Shown here piece after piece: positions 46,281 through 55,114 of a stretch of DNA of 59,520 nt. Position numbers and translations under genes: made by a program. The notes under the pieces were generated by a model. That model was not told the DNA's origin and ran no database searches. It saw only the letters and a program-made list of their open reading frames with translations. Numbering within the stretch: the first letter of the stretch is position 1; every line of letters begins with the position of its first letter. This DNA comes from a virus (taxonomy: Duplodnaviria > Caudoviricetes), in IMG/VR virus record IMGVR_UViG_3300022407_001199, positions 1 to 59,520 of that record. One strand, 5' to 3'.

Positions 46281-46538
46281 TCAACCCTTTTTTTCGCCTT
46301 TTTTGTGAAGGTTGCGGCTCCGGTTTGCGGATGGTGACTCTAACTTATATCCATCGGCGTTGGTCCCGCCTTTGGCTAGAGCTTTGGTATGGGAAACATC
46401 CTTACCTGCTCGGTTGACGCCTTTGGCATCTAGTGCACGGCGAGCGCGTTGGCGTTCCATACGGTTCTCATGTTCGCCCCGCTCTACTTGCTTTTTGTAT
46501 TCTTCTTTATAAGGTCGGGGAGATTTTGTATATGGCAT
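46281..46538 (-). CDS. Small HNH-like (His-Me finger) protein, 85 aa
   Basis: KDVSHTKALAKGGTN...SANRSRN; start at MPYTKS with AGGA SD. Confidence 0.65.
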   Translation of the reverse strand: MPYTKSPRPYKEEYKKQVERGEHENRMERQRARRALDAKGVNRAGKDVSHTKALAKGGTNADGYKLESPSANRSRNLHKKGEKKG

Positions 46539-46695
46539 GGTAGATCCTAAAGGTGGGGCGGAAAAGTAGATTCCCTGCCGCCCCGTCAAGGTGTAGGAGG
46601 TGTAGGAGGCAAATGCGACTTGGGGGCTAGAGCCCTACTACACCGGAGAAGGTGTTCACATCTACTAGGCGTTCACCGACTCCCGAATGATGCAC
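46539..46695 (-). ncRNA. Candidate structured RNA in the longest intergenic gap of the replication module
   Basis: Three hairpins plus a 7-bp loop-distal pairing (46565-71 with 46660-66). Confidence 0.4.
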
Positions 46696-46884
46696 CTAGC
46701 CCCGGTTCTCTTTCATGATCTTAAGCGAAACAATCGCTACGCGCAATTCAGTGATTGCCATAGTAGCAGCCTCGATTGCCTCATCATAGTTGTTGTGCAG
46801 TGCGGCATCGTGCACGGCCTTCAATGCATTCTCTGCCATCATGCAGGGATATGCGTAATCGACTACTGTATCTTCAATCATCAT
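46696..46884 (-). CDS. Hypothetical protein, 62 aa
   Basis: ATGA-coupled to the exonuclease. Confidence 0.7.
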   Translation of the reverse strand: MMIEDTVVDYAYPCMMAENALKAVHDAALHNNYDEAIEAATMAITELRVAIVSLKIMKENRG

Positions 46885-47546
46885 TTAACCTTATAAAAAT
46901 CACACGTATGGACGGGACACCACCCGCACAGAGCAGTCGGCTTTTCTTGCCAGACACCGTTCTTGAACGAGGTGCTCATGCGCTTCAATGTAGGCATGAA
47001 CTCATCCCAAAGTTTTTCTTTCGACTCACGCTTGTATTCTGACGTAACGAAGTGATTGTGCATCACGAACAGTAGACCGGCATTGATGTGGTTTACTTCA
47101 GGAAAGTATTCAAAAGCCATTAGCGCCATCAACTGAAGCTGCTTGGGATCTGGGTACTTGTTGCTGCCTGTCTTGTAGTCAACGATAAACGCCGTATCGC
47201 CATTCACGATGAGCAAGTCAGCGATTCCGCGAACCCAATAGTTGTCTGCGCTAAAACCGCATGGTTCTTTGTCAGCGGTCAGGGCCATCTCGAACTCAGG
47301 GAACTTTTCGCCCTCTATCTCCGCAAGGGAAGAGACCATACCCTCGAACCGTTCGTAGTTCTTGGCTAGGGGGGCTCCATCCTTGACGTAGTTCTCAAGC
47401 GCAGCGTGTACCTCAGTGCCGTATAGCATCTGCTTGGTAGGTTGCTTCTGGTACTGCTTGAGGACTTTTACCTCATGGTATTGTCTAGGGCAATTCTGGT
47501 AGTCTTTCATACCAGAGTAAGACCACTTGAGTTCTGATACTTCCAT
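46881..47546 (-). CDS. PD-(D/E)XK exonuclease (Cas4/AddB-like)
   Basis: WSYS...CPR, GTEVH, RGIADL, IVDYKTG, QLQLMA, C-terminal CGWCP...C. Confidence 0.9.
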   Translation of the reverse strand: MEVSELKWSYSGMKDYQNCPRQYHEVKVLKQYQKQPTKQMLYGTEVHAALENYVKDGAPLAKNYERFEGMVSSLAEIEGEKFPEFEMALTADKEPCGFSADNYWVRGIADLLIVNGDTAFIVDYKTGSNKYPDPKQLQLMALMAFEYFPEVNHINAGLLFVMHNHFVTSEYKRESKEKLWDEFMPTLKRMSTSFKNGVWQEKPTALCGWCPVHTCDFYKVK

Positions 47547-49435
47547 TAGCAGTCTCCGTAGCTAAGTCCAAAGGTGGCCTCACACGCAATGGGAAGCCCC
47601 GGAGCCCAACGTGGGGCGGTGGACATGATACCAGTGATCTGCGCCATAGCCTCATCTAGCTCATCGGTTGGAACCACGCACACCACAGAGTCGTGCACGG
47701 TCAGGGCGACATCGTATAACTTACTTATGTTCATCAGTTGCTCGCCCACAATGCAGCGGGCTAGAGCTTGCACTACGTTCTCAACCACCGTGCCGCCCCA
47801 GATATACACTGGCCCCTTGCGAGACTTGTACACAGTCTTCGTCGAAGTTGTCTTCTTGGTCTCCTCATCTACTTCTGTTTTCTTATGGAGATCAGGGTAT
47901 CGAATGTGCAATCCATTCGGCAAGGAGATGCCATCTTTACCGTACCAGACACACCCATGCTCACCGAACTGAAGTTCTCTACCTTTGAACTCGTTTTGGA
48001 TCAGCGCGTTCAAGAGTTTGTCGCCAGCACCCCATAGACTTTTGATCTTGTCGTTTTCTGTTCTATACACATCGACAATCCGCTTGGCCTCTTCCTCATC
48101 CAACACCATCGGTGGCGTTGAGGTAGCCAATGTAGATTGCAGCTTGACGCCGCCCGTGCCGTAACCGCACCCGAGAACCACGGTCTTGCCCACGAACCGC
48201 TGCTCCTTAGTTACGTCTTCCGGTTTGCACGTATAGATCTTTGACGACATAGCCCTGTATACGTCTTGCTTCTCAGCGAACATCTTGACGACATCATCCT
48301 GCCCTGCCAGCCATGCAAGCACCCGCGCCTCGATCTGTGATGAGTCACAGTTGATCACTGTAAATCCGGTGGGCGCAACGATAGCGTTCTTCAGCGCCTT
48401 CTTCTTAACGTCACGGCTAGGAAGATTCTGAAAGTTAACCTTGTCGTATCCAGCCCATCGCCCCGTGTGTGCGCCGTAATACTTCAGCGGGATCGGTAGA
48501 CGCTCATTGTTCCTGCGCCCAATGTCAATAAATCTCTGTATACGTTTCTCTTCCAGAGTTGACTTCACACCAAGCCTAGCAGCGCACAACTGTTGGATGA
48601 ACACGTTCTCATGCTCACACAGCTTTAGGAAAGCCTCATCCTTCTTGGCAAGGGCGGGCATCTCTTTGCCCGTGACGGGGCTGATCTTAGTGGGGGCGGT
48701 TATACCAAAAGCTAAGAGTACTTCTGCGAATTGTTTGTTGCTGGATAGTTTCTTGGATACTTCCTCATCAGAGTTGCACCCTAGCTCTTGCCGTAGCTTC
48801 CCCAGCAACTCCCTACGATCATGGATCAGATCTGCCATGCGAAGATGCAGGATCTCCTCGTCAACGTATAACTTGGGCTGGATGAACATCCTCAAGGTTT
48901 GATCAATTAAACCTAATTCGATTGCGGGAAAACCCTCGTTGAGTAAGTTATACAGTGAGTATGTTAACTCTACGTCATTACAGCAGTAAGCACCGTATTG
49001 CGCCAAGTCCTTAGCCTCGAAGTCTTCGAGCCGCTTACCCTTGGCATCGACCACCTCCGTACCCTTTTCTCCGATGTTGTATCGGAGGGCTAGAGCAGCG
49101 AGCGACCCACCAGCATCTACGCCGTGAATCGCCCGCGCCATGCATAGGGTATCAAGATAGAACTTAGGCGTGATCTTGAATATCCACTTCAGGATCGCCC
49201 CATCGAACAGCGTATTGTGGGCAAGCACTGCGCTATTCCGCCAGTTGTACCGCTTGAGGTGGCTACTTAAGACTTCGTGGTTCCCGGAATACCAAATTGA
49301 GGGGCCGTTGTCAATCTTGATGCTGAACCCAATGACTTGAAACTGCTCGTCCTGTATGTACTCCTCTGTCGTGAGGCGCATTAGAGAATAAGACTTATCG
49401 TAGTAAGTCTCAAAGTCTATGGTTATAAGATTCAT
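47546..49435 (-). CDS. polA: Family A DNA polymerase with 3'-5' exonuclease domain
   Basis: IDFETY (ExoI), HTGRW, NFQNLP, DSSQIEAR (motif A), RFVGKTVVLGCGYG (B), VHDS (C). Confidence 0.95.
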   Translation of the reverse strand: MNLITIDFETYYDKSYSLMRLTTEEYIQDEQFQVIGFSIKIDNGPSIWYSGNHEVLSSHLKRYNWRNSAVLAHNTLFDGAILKWIFKITPKFYLDTLCMARAIHGVDAGGSLAALALRYNIGEKGTEVVDAKGKRLEDFEAKDLAQYGAYCCNDVELTYSLYNLLNEGFPAIELGLIDQTLRMFIQPKLYVDEEILHLRMADLIHDRRELLGKLRQELGCNSDEEVSKKLSSNKQFAEVLLAFGITAPTKISPVTGKEMPALAKKDEAFLKLCEHENVFIQQLCAARLGVKSTLEEKRIQRFIDIGRRNNERLPIPLKYYGAHTGRWAGYDKVNFQNLPSRDVKKKALKNAIVAPTGFTVINCDSSQIEARVLAWLAGQDDVVKMFAEKQDVYRAMSSKIYTCKPEDVTKEQRFVGKTVVLGCGYGTGGVKLQSTLATSTPPMVLDEEEAKRIVDVYRTENDKIKSLWGAGDKLLNALIQNEFKGRELQFGEHGCVWYGKDGISLPNGLHIRYPDLHKKTEVDEETKKTTSTKTVYKSRKGPVYIWGGTVVENVVQALARCIVGEQLMNISKLYDVALTVHDSVVCVVPTDELDEAMAQITGIMSTAPRWAPGLPIACEATFGLSYGDC

Positions 49436-49686
49436 TTCGTTTCTTCGGTCTCGATCAGCTTGGATAGGTAGTGTTGCGCCTTGCGTAGATCGTCGATCCC
49501 ACCCTTCTCACGCCAGCGGCTGACGTACTTAATAATGTTCCCTTCCAGATACGGGATCTTGTTCTGAACGATGTAATCCCACGGCTGAATACTTTTATCT
49601 TTATAGTGACTGCCACCTACCTGAACATCATTGGGATTCTGTTGCATGGATTCCTCCGAATCTAAATAGCGTCTGTCCATCTTCAT
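49432..49686 (-). CDS. DUF3310 / T7 gp1.7-like protein
   Basis: GGSHY...GNIIKYVSR..EKGGIDDLRKAQHYL. Confidence 0.85.
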   Translation of the reverse strand: MKMDRRYLDSEESMQQNPNDVQVGGSHYKDKSIQPWDYIVQNKIPYLEGNIIKYVSRWREKGGIDDLRKAQHYLSKLIETEETK

Positions 49687-49689
49687 ACT

Positions 49690-49893
49690 TCACTTACCGC
49701 ATGGGCCGAGGGCTTTAGCGAATTGAGGATCTTCTTCAAGTTCTTTAATATGCCGCATCGCGCATTCATAGTGTTGCGGACCCCACTTGTAGCAGTCGGG
49801 AGAGTGCGTCCCGATCCTCTGGAATCGGTTAGCTTCGTAGTACAAAGCCTTACGAAGCCGTGCGATCTCAATGTCCTTCTCATCTTCAATCAT
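49690..49893 (-). CDS. Hypothetical protein, 67 aa
   Basis: AAGGAG SD; THSPDCYKWGPQHYECA. Confidence 0.65.
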   Translation of the reverse strand: MIEDEKDIEIARLRKALYYEANRFQRIGTHSPDCYKWGPQHYECAMRHIKELEEDPQFAKALGPCGK

Positions 49894-50276
49894 GTCTTAC
49901 TCCTTTCGGGCCAATTTTTAGGGCGGTCTGTCCACTCGATATCTACGTGCATCGTTTCTTTCTTCAAAGCCCAATGTGCGGCTTTGGCTGCGGACTCATG
50001 AGCAAATGCTGCCCATGACCACACCTCACCATCCCACCAGCGGTAAGTCGCACTGTCCCTCCTGTGGTAATGCTTCGTCGGCCACCAGCCAATGCTCGGT
50101 GGTGGGCCTTTGTGCCATTGAGTTTTATACAAATCTTTCATATCCCACTTCACGTTAACTCCTACACAAGCGGCGCACCGCCACAGTTTCATTTTGTCTA
50201 ACTTACCGCCCAAGGCAACTTTCTTGCCTTTGCAGTCCCAGCACAAGCGGGTGAACCCTATTGCCTTTACCATCAC
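49890..50276 (-). CDS. Hypothetical protein with Zn-finger and Trp-rich modules
   Basis: CWDC...CAAC then WHKGPPPSIGWW. Confidence 0.6.
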   Translation of the reverse strand: MMVKAIGFTRLCWDCKGKKVALGGKLDKMKLWRCAACVGVNVKWDMKDLYKTQWHKGPPPSIGWWPTKHYHRRDSATYRWWDGEVWSWAAFAHESAAKAAHWALKKETMHVDIEWTDRPKNWPERSKT

Positions 50277-50455
50277 TCAAGCCCAAAATGGTCAAGCAAT
50301 ATCTTGCCGTCGTAAGAAGGCTCGAAGTGTCCATCAATCACTTTGGCACACTCGCGCACGATGAGTTCCGCGAAGAGTTCTGGATAGATTCTTGAACCCC
50401 CCTCACGGACGACGCACTTGTCTCGTATTTCTTCAAGTAGTTTTTGATTCATCAT
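50273..50455 (-). CDS. Hypothetical protein, 60 aa
   Basis: FAELIVRECA...HFG pattern; coupled. Confidence 0.7.
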   Translation of the reverse strand: MMNQKLLEEIRDKCVVREGGSRIYPELFAELIVRECAKVIDGHFEPSYDGKILLDHFGLE

Positions 50456-50652
50456 TCACTCCGTTTGGTGTTAAGCCGAATGTATTCGGCAAGTTTATGT
50501 AGATCCAGTAGTACATCCGTAGGCACAGCCCGTGGCAGTCGGTAGCCTTCGGCCTTGAGCAGCGCCCTAAGAGTATCGCGGCGGCTGTCTTCTTTGACCA
50601 CCTCAAGCAAGTGGACGATCTCTTGCGCCTTCTCCCAGTCAATCACGCGCAA
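50452..50652 (-). CDS. Hypothetical protein, ~66 aa
   Basis: Tiles between neighbours; start uncertain. Confidence 0.55.
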   Translation of the reverse strand: MRVIDWEKAQEIVHLLEVVKEDSRRDTLRALLKAEGYRLPRAVPTDVLLDLHKLAEYIRLNTKRSE

Positions 50653-50812
50653 CCTTCGTCGGCTTTATCTTCTCGGGACAGATGAGCAGCGTACCGTCTT
50701 TGTTGAGATAGCAACGATAGATGTCGTTCTCATCTTCTTCAGGCATCTCAGGCGGCTGCGAACAGGCGCACAGCAACAGCAGCAAACTTAAGACAACCGC
50801 TAAGACACGCAT
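50639..50812 (-). CDS. Putative small lipoprotein, 57 aa
   Basis: Translated by hand: MRVLAVVLSLLLLLCAC-SQPPEM..., signal peptide with lipobox-like LCAC. Confidence 0.65.
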   Translation of the reverse strand: MRVLAVVLSLLLLLCACSQPPEMPEEDENDIYRCYLNKDGTLLICPEKIKPTKVARD

Positions 50813-50991
50813 GGTCTAGCTACTTCTCTGACCCATGATGCTAGTTCTCGCGCCGTCAGATCTTCTGGGGGTTGCATATTATTAGGGATCTCCCATCCCG
50901 TTCCCGTAGTCTTCAGGATGTCCTGAATCGGTATTCTATTGCGTAGCGAATCCCTTGCTGCTTGCGTCGCGCATCTCCAGATCAACGCCAT
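50800..50991 (-). CDS. Hypothetical protein, 63 aa
   Basis: Tiles between neighbours. Confidence 0.55.
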   Translation of the reverse strand: MALIWRCATQAARDSLRNRIPIQDILKTTGTGWEIPNNMQPPEDLTARELASWVREVARPCVS

Positions 50992-51164
50992 GTGAGCACC
51001 CCCACACAGAAAATGATCAGGCCAAGCATTGTCACAATAAACACTATGGATCTAAGAAAACCTTTGTCTTCGTCTTCATATTCAGGCCAGCCACACGCTT
51101 GCGGTGCGGGGCAGTTCTCCCTCTTGCCGTTGCAAGATCCATTACACAGTTCCTTTGGAATCAT
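50982..51164 (-). CDS. Small Cys-rich membrane protein
   Basis: CNGSCNGKRENCP plus C-terminal TM helix; GAGGAG SD before 51164. Confidence 0.65.
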   Translation of the reverse strand: MIPKELCNGSCNGKRENCPAPQACGWPEYEDEDKGFLRSIVFIVTMLGLIIFCVGVLTWR

Positions 51165-51345
51165 CTTTCTTCTCCTCTTTTGTCGTTGGGGATGGAATAC
51201 TTGAAGGGCCAAGGATCGTTTCCTCGGTATAGAAACGATGCAAGTTGGCACACTCCCTTCTCCTTATCTTGCCCATCCGGGTGGACAGAACTCTTGTCCA
51301 AGCTCCGCACGGGCAAGTAAAACCTTTCGTAATTTTCGCCATCAA
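51142..51345 (-). CDS. Zn-ribbon protein (NrdR N-terminal-like)
   Basis: CPCG...RRRECANLHRFYTEE. Confidence 0.7.
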   Translation of the reverse strand: MMAKITKGFTCPCGAWTRVLSTRMGKIRRRECANLHRFYTEETILGPSSIPSPTTKEEKKDDSKGTV

Positions 51346-51821
51346 TCACTAAACAACTCGCGCAACTTACGCCAGAAAGTTTTCTTAGGTTCAATGCCGA
51401 TGTGTATCGGTACGTTCTTGTGCGCCATGTCCGATGAGTTGCGATATTGATATTGATCTCGATACGGATCTATTCCCCTGAGTTGGGCTTCCTTCAGTTC
51501 TTGCGCCCTATGTTGAGCGATCTTTGCTGCTGCCACCAAACCCGTCGCGGGTACGTAACCCTGCGTAGCCTTGGGCTTTGCTTTCTTCTTTGGCCGAGGT
51601 TTGTACGGCGGCAATGGCGCGTAATTTGAGATCACCGCTGTCAATCGACCATTCTTGTCACGGTGCACATACTTTACAGTGACCATACGGTAGAGCAGAC
51701 TCTTGCCCGAAGCAATTTTGTAATCGGGATTGAGCGACATACGGGCGTGTACTTCTGCATCTGTGAGATGCGGCTCGCTCTTGATCAGCTCAAAGATGCA
51801 TTGGCTAAAAGATATCTTCAT
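51342..51821 (-). CDS. Hypothetical protein, possibly winged-helix
   Basis: AAGGA SD; basic. Confidence 0.65.
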   Translation of the reverse strand: MKISFSQCIFELIKSEPHLTDAEVHARMSLNPDYKIASGKSLLYRMVTVKYVHRDKNGRLTAVISNYAPLPPYKPRPKKKAKPKATQGYVPATGLVAAAKIAQHRAQELKEAQLRGIDPYRDQYQYRNSSDMAHKNVPIHIGIEPKKTFWRKLRELFSD

Positions 51822-51976
51822 TTCATTTCCTTTTGACTTGCTGGACTAAGAACCCACTTATCACCGAGCATACGGATCGCTTGGACCCATTTGCGTTGGT
51901 TTGATCTATTGACTTCAACGGGCACATAGTCCACGTTGAACAACCTACGAACACGCTTGAGTTGGGTGATGTTCAT
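51818..51976 (-). CDS. Small hypothetical protein, 52 aa (MNITQLKRVR...LGDKWVL)
   Basis: Translated by hand; GAGGA SD; ATGA coupling at both ends. Confidence 0.65.
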   Translation of the reverse strand: MNITQLKRVRRLFNVDYVPVEVNRSNQRKWVQAIRMLGDKWVLSPASQKEMK

Positions 51977-52143
51977 TTCTTCCTCTTGATGTTCTTAGTG
52001 CTCTTGACGGCCACACGTAAGACTTCCGGGAAGGACGAAGGCTTAGTTCCCACGCCGCGATCAGTCATCCATGCTCTGACAGCTTTGTCTTTCAGTTCTT
52101 GATGCGCTCGTTGCTCATCAGGTGTTGGAAGTCTTCCTCTCAT
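51973..52143 (-). CDS. Small basic protein, 56 aa (MRGRLPTPDE...)
   Basis: Translated by hand; ATGA coupling at both ends. Confidence 0.6.
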   Translation of the reverse strand: MRGRLPTPDEQRAHQELKDKAVRAWMTDRGVGTKPSSFPEVLRVAVKSTKNIKRKK

Positions 52144-52436
52144 TTCACACTCTCCAGAATTGTTGACTTAAGATTCACCACACTCTCCTCGTTGATGACG
52201 AAGGCGATGCCTCCAGCCGCTACGATTTGCTTTAAGTTATGTACTTGCAAAGCCGTAGGCTTGTTGCCGTTAGCTTTGCACTCTATGCCGATGAACCTTC
52301 CTTGATAACAGGCAAGGATGTCGGGAACCCCCGACGCCCCGTAGCCGCCCGAGACAGGCTTACAAGAGTAAGCCCCGAGTTCATAAAGAACTTTGTCTAC
52401 CTTTTCTTTGACTAGACCTTCAGGTGTTTTTGCCAT
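52140..52436 (-). CDS. VRR-NUC domain nuclease (Holliday junction resolvase-like)
   Basis: GVPDILAC..GRFIGIECK...TALQ. Confidence 0.9.
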   Translation of the reverse strand: MAKTPEGLVKEKVDKVLYELGAYSCKPVSGGYGASGVPDILACYQGRFIGIECKANGNKPTALQVHNLKQIVAAGGIAFVINEESVVNLKSTILESVK

Positions 52437-52806
52437 CCTTCATTCCTTGTAAGTAATCCTTAGTCATTACGATGATATACATCAGCCCATAGTTCAAGGT
52501 CTGTGTGCTGGGCACTACTCGCCACCCGACGCGATCTAGATCAGGGCTGTGTACGTTTGAATACACCCCCTGCCATCTAGCATCTAGTGAGTACTCGAAC
52601 GGGATTGAATTGATGATGGCAACAGCTTCCTTCATCTCGGGTGGTAATGTTCTAGCCACATACCGTGCGAGTTGGTTGTTGCCTAAGTGAAATTCATAGA
52701 CAGGCTCCGGTTGTTTGTCGATGTAATGCATGAAGACTCTGTAGTAGTTCACAGAGTCATGCCAATGACCTACGGGGCTGATGAGCGGTAGAAAAGCCTT
52801 GGTCAT
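52420..52806 (-). CDS. Hypothetical protein
   Basis: ATGA coupling at 52803-52806. Confidence 0.7.
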   Translation of the reverse strand: MTKAFLPLISPVGHWHDSVNYYRVFMHYIDKQPEPVYEFHLGNNQLARYVARTLPPEMKEAVAIINSIPFEYSLDARWQGVYSNVHSPDLDRVGWRVVPSTQTLNYGLMYIIVMTKDYLQGMKDGKNT

Positions 52807-53762
52807 GCTGCGGCCATTTTTGGAATCAAGACCCATACAACTTCATGGTTTGTATAACCAAAGACCACATCGAGTTCCTCATCAAACGCATCTCTGTATG
52901 GAACATTGAAGCAGTTGTCAGCATTGTTGTTCTGGTTCTCGAACCGTGATTTCACATGGAACATGGCAGAGCGCACAAGAGAGTCTTCACCGACAGAGTT
53001 GGTGATTCTGAAATTCAGATCCCCGGCCTCGAACTTGCCAGTCGAAGAGCCTATGAACTCACCGATCAGGAAGCGCGGCTTGTCCTTGAACGTATCTTTG
53101 TTATGCCGATTGCCCAGCAATCCGATGATGTGGAAACCGCCCGCATCGAATCGCTTGCGATGGTCAACCACAGAGTTGTGGATCTCCATCTTCTTCAGAT
53201 GATCCTTGTGATAGTGCTCAGCCAAAGACTTGATCTCGAAAGTGACTTCCTTGGCTCCCGATACGATCTCGATAAGATCCAGCAAGAAGTCGCTGCTGCA
53301 AGATGGGACAGGAGGTCTACGGTCAGACTTGATATTGCCAAGTGCATTGGCAACCTGAATTGCATAAGACTTCTTGTAAGTGATGTCTTTCGGTTCCTCG
53401 TTCTTGGTACGAATGGACTTGATCAGAGTGGACAGCTTCGTGGAGGAGCGTTTGTACCGCTCGCCCCCCATACCACGCTCCTTCTTGACCTCCATGTCAT
53501 TGCGATATATGTAAAGAACATCGCGCTTCCCGTCCTTGCGGCTGTACTTCTCCTCAACCGAGAGATATCCACCAAGATATCCTGCGGGAGTTACTAACGC
53601 AATAGTCCCTGCATGGATGCCATCAACCTTGCACCCGAACGAGGTGCAGAACTCGACAGTGAACTTAGCTAAGGCTTCGCGGTAGGACGAAGGCTCATTC
53701 AAGTATTCGTTGATCTCGCGGGTATTGGGTTCGTCGAATACGAAAGATTTGAAGTCGTACAT
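52803..53762 (-). CDS. Hypothetical protein, ~319 aa
   Basis: Long ORF; GGAG SD before ATG 53762. Confidence 0.75.
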   Translation of the reverse strand: MYDFKSFVFDEPNTREINEYLNEPSSYREALAKFTVEFCTSFGCKVDGIHAGTIALVTPAGYLGGYLSVEEKYSRKDGKRDVLYIYRNDMEVKKERGMGGERYKRSSTKLSTLIKSIRTKNEEPKDITYKKSYAIQVANALGNIKSDRRPPVPSCSSDFLLDLIEIVSGAKEVTFEIKSLAEHYHKDHLKKMEIHNSVVDHRKRFDAGGFHIIGLLGNRHNKDTFKDKPRFLIGEFIGSSTGKFEAGDLNFRITNSVGEDSLVRSAMFHVKSRFENQNNNADNCFNVPYRDAFDEELDVVFGYTNHEVVWVLIPKMAAA

Positions 53763-53808
53763 TGTTTTCTCCACTGAATTGAACTAGTTTTGGGACACTA
53801 AACTTACG

Positions 53809-55065
53809 TTACTGATTGAACGTAACAACCTTACCGGGAAACTGACGGCGGTGATTCATCGTCACCATCCACAGCGTCGGGGCAGATACTTTCCAGTCGA
53901 TTGTTGTCTCGACATAACCATCGGTGAACACCACCACGCAATCAGGTGCGTAGCCCTTCTCTACAATATACCTAGACACTGATGATACGTTAGTACCGCC
54001 ACCACCCTGCGGCTTGAGCAGCGTAGCGATGTTCTCGAAGTTCTCGGTAAACACTTGCTCACCATGAACCATCGTGTCCCACCACAATACCCGCACAGCG
54101 TCAGGTTGAACCGACTCGCAAATTGAAGCTAGTTCCCCAGCAAACACTGAGAGTTCCTTCGCACCGATAGAGCCAGACGTATCACACGCAACGATCAACT
54201 CGGATACTTTCTCATTCTCCGTAGTCGGCAGCAGCATTACATCAATCACGCGACGATTGAACTTCCGCCACGTATATTCGTCGTTCCCCTTCATCGTCGA
54301 GTTAACGAACTCTTGCAACTCGGTACGCCAGTCGATGACAGGCTCCAACGATTCCTCGATAGAGCGAGGCAGCTTCACACCCAACCTACCAGCGAGGATG
54401 CCACCTTCGCGGATAGCGTTATCAATCTGATCGTTCATGTCCTTTAAGACTTCCGGATCGTCGGACACGCTATCTACGTCATGCTCGTCGAATGGGTCTG
54501 ACGTATTGTTACCGCCCTTACCATCCTTGTCATCCTCGGGCTTACCCTTATCCCCCGGCTCACGCTTCTTGCCATCATCCCCCGGCTCATCACCATCCTC
54601 GGGCTCATCACCATCCTCGGGCTCATCGGGTTCCTCGGACGCTTCTTTCTCAAGAAGTTTGTAGACATCTCGCATAGACATATCACGATACTTGTCGTCT
54701 ACCAGCGCACCCTTGGGCAGCTTGCACAAGTTCTGATCCTTGAAGTCTCGGATGATCCCGTTGACCACATAGTCAGCGGCAAAGTTGGCGATCTTCTTGT
54801 TACGCTTGAACAGATCCTTGTTGTGGATCAGGTGGCGCAACGCTACGTGCAGGTTCTCATGCATGATGAGACCACGCAGTTCTTGATCGCTGAGCTTCTC
54901 TGAGAACTCACGGCCATAGATTTTGTCTACGCCATTGGTGTATGCAGTGATCTTCGTATCACGCACTTCGGTCTTGCCCATCATCATCACGCCCGAGTAG
55001 AGCGCGGTCTCTGGCGACTTCATCAGGTGGATGTGCGCCTTCTTGATTCTTGTTTCGAGTTCCAT
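53809..55065 (-). CDS. DUF2201-type metallopeptidase plus vWA domain protein
   Basis: TAYTNG, HENLH (HExxH), acidic linker, DTSGS MIDAS, GGGT, FTDGY; start MELETR with AAGGA SD. Confidence 0.88.
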   Translation of the reverse strand: MELETRIKKAHIHLMKSPETALYSGVMMMGKTEVRDTKITAYTNGVDKIYGREFSEKLSDQELRGLIMHENLHVALRHLIHNKDLFKRNKKIANFAADYVVNGIIRDFKDQNLCKLPKGALVDDKYRDMSMRDVYKLLEKEASEEPDEPEDGDEPEDGDEPGDDGKKREPGDKGKPEDDKDGKGGNNTSDPFDEHDVDSVSDDPEVLKDMNDQIDNAIREGGILAGRLGVKLPRSIEESLEPVIDWRTELQEFVNSTMKGNDEYTWRKFNRRVIDVMLLPTTENEKVSELIVACDTSGSIGAKELSVFAGELASICESVQPDAVRVLWWDTMVHGEQVFTENFENIATLLKPQGGGGTNVSSVSRYIVEKGYAPDCVVVFTDGYVETTIDWKVSAPTLWMVTMNHRRQFPGKVVTFNQ

Positions 55066-55076
55066 ATCGTTCCTTG
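55057..55076. repeat. 20-bp exact direct repeat (second copy 57568-57587) spanning RBS and start codon
   Basis: gagttccatatcgttccttg at both loci. Confidence 0.9.
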
Positions 55077-55080
55077 TAGT

Positions 55081-55102
55081 TAAGACTTCCGACAACCCCG
55101 AA
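55081..55102. repeat. 22-bp inverted repeat (partner 57603-57624)
   Basis: taagacttccgacaaccccgaa versus reverse complement taagacttctgccaaccccgaa, 20/22. Confidence 0.85.
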
Positions 55103-55114
55103 GGGTTGTTTTAC

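Noticed and set aside
46881-47546. Cas4-like gene as evidence of a CRISPR system
   Set aside because: Stand-alone PD-(D/E)XK exonuclease coupled to the polymerase, a common phage arrangement; no array
54584-54640. EPEDGD tandem repeat, and the KPEE repeat at 34524-34605
   Set aside because: In-frame slippage repeats in flexible linkers; no sign of a separate function
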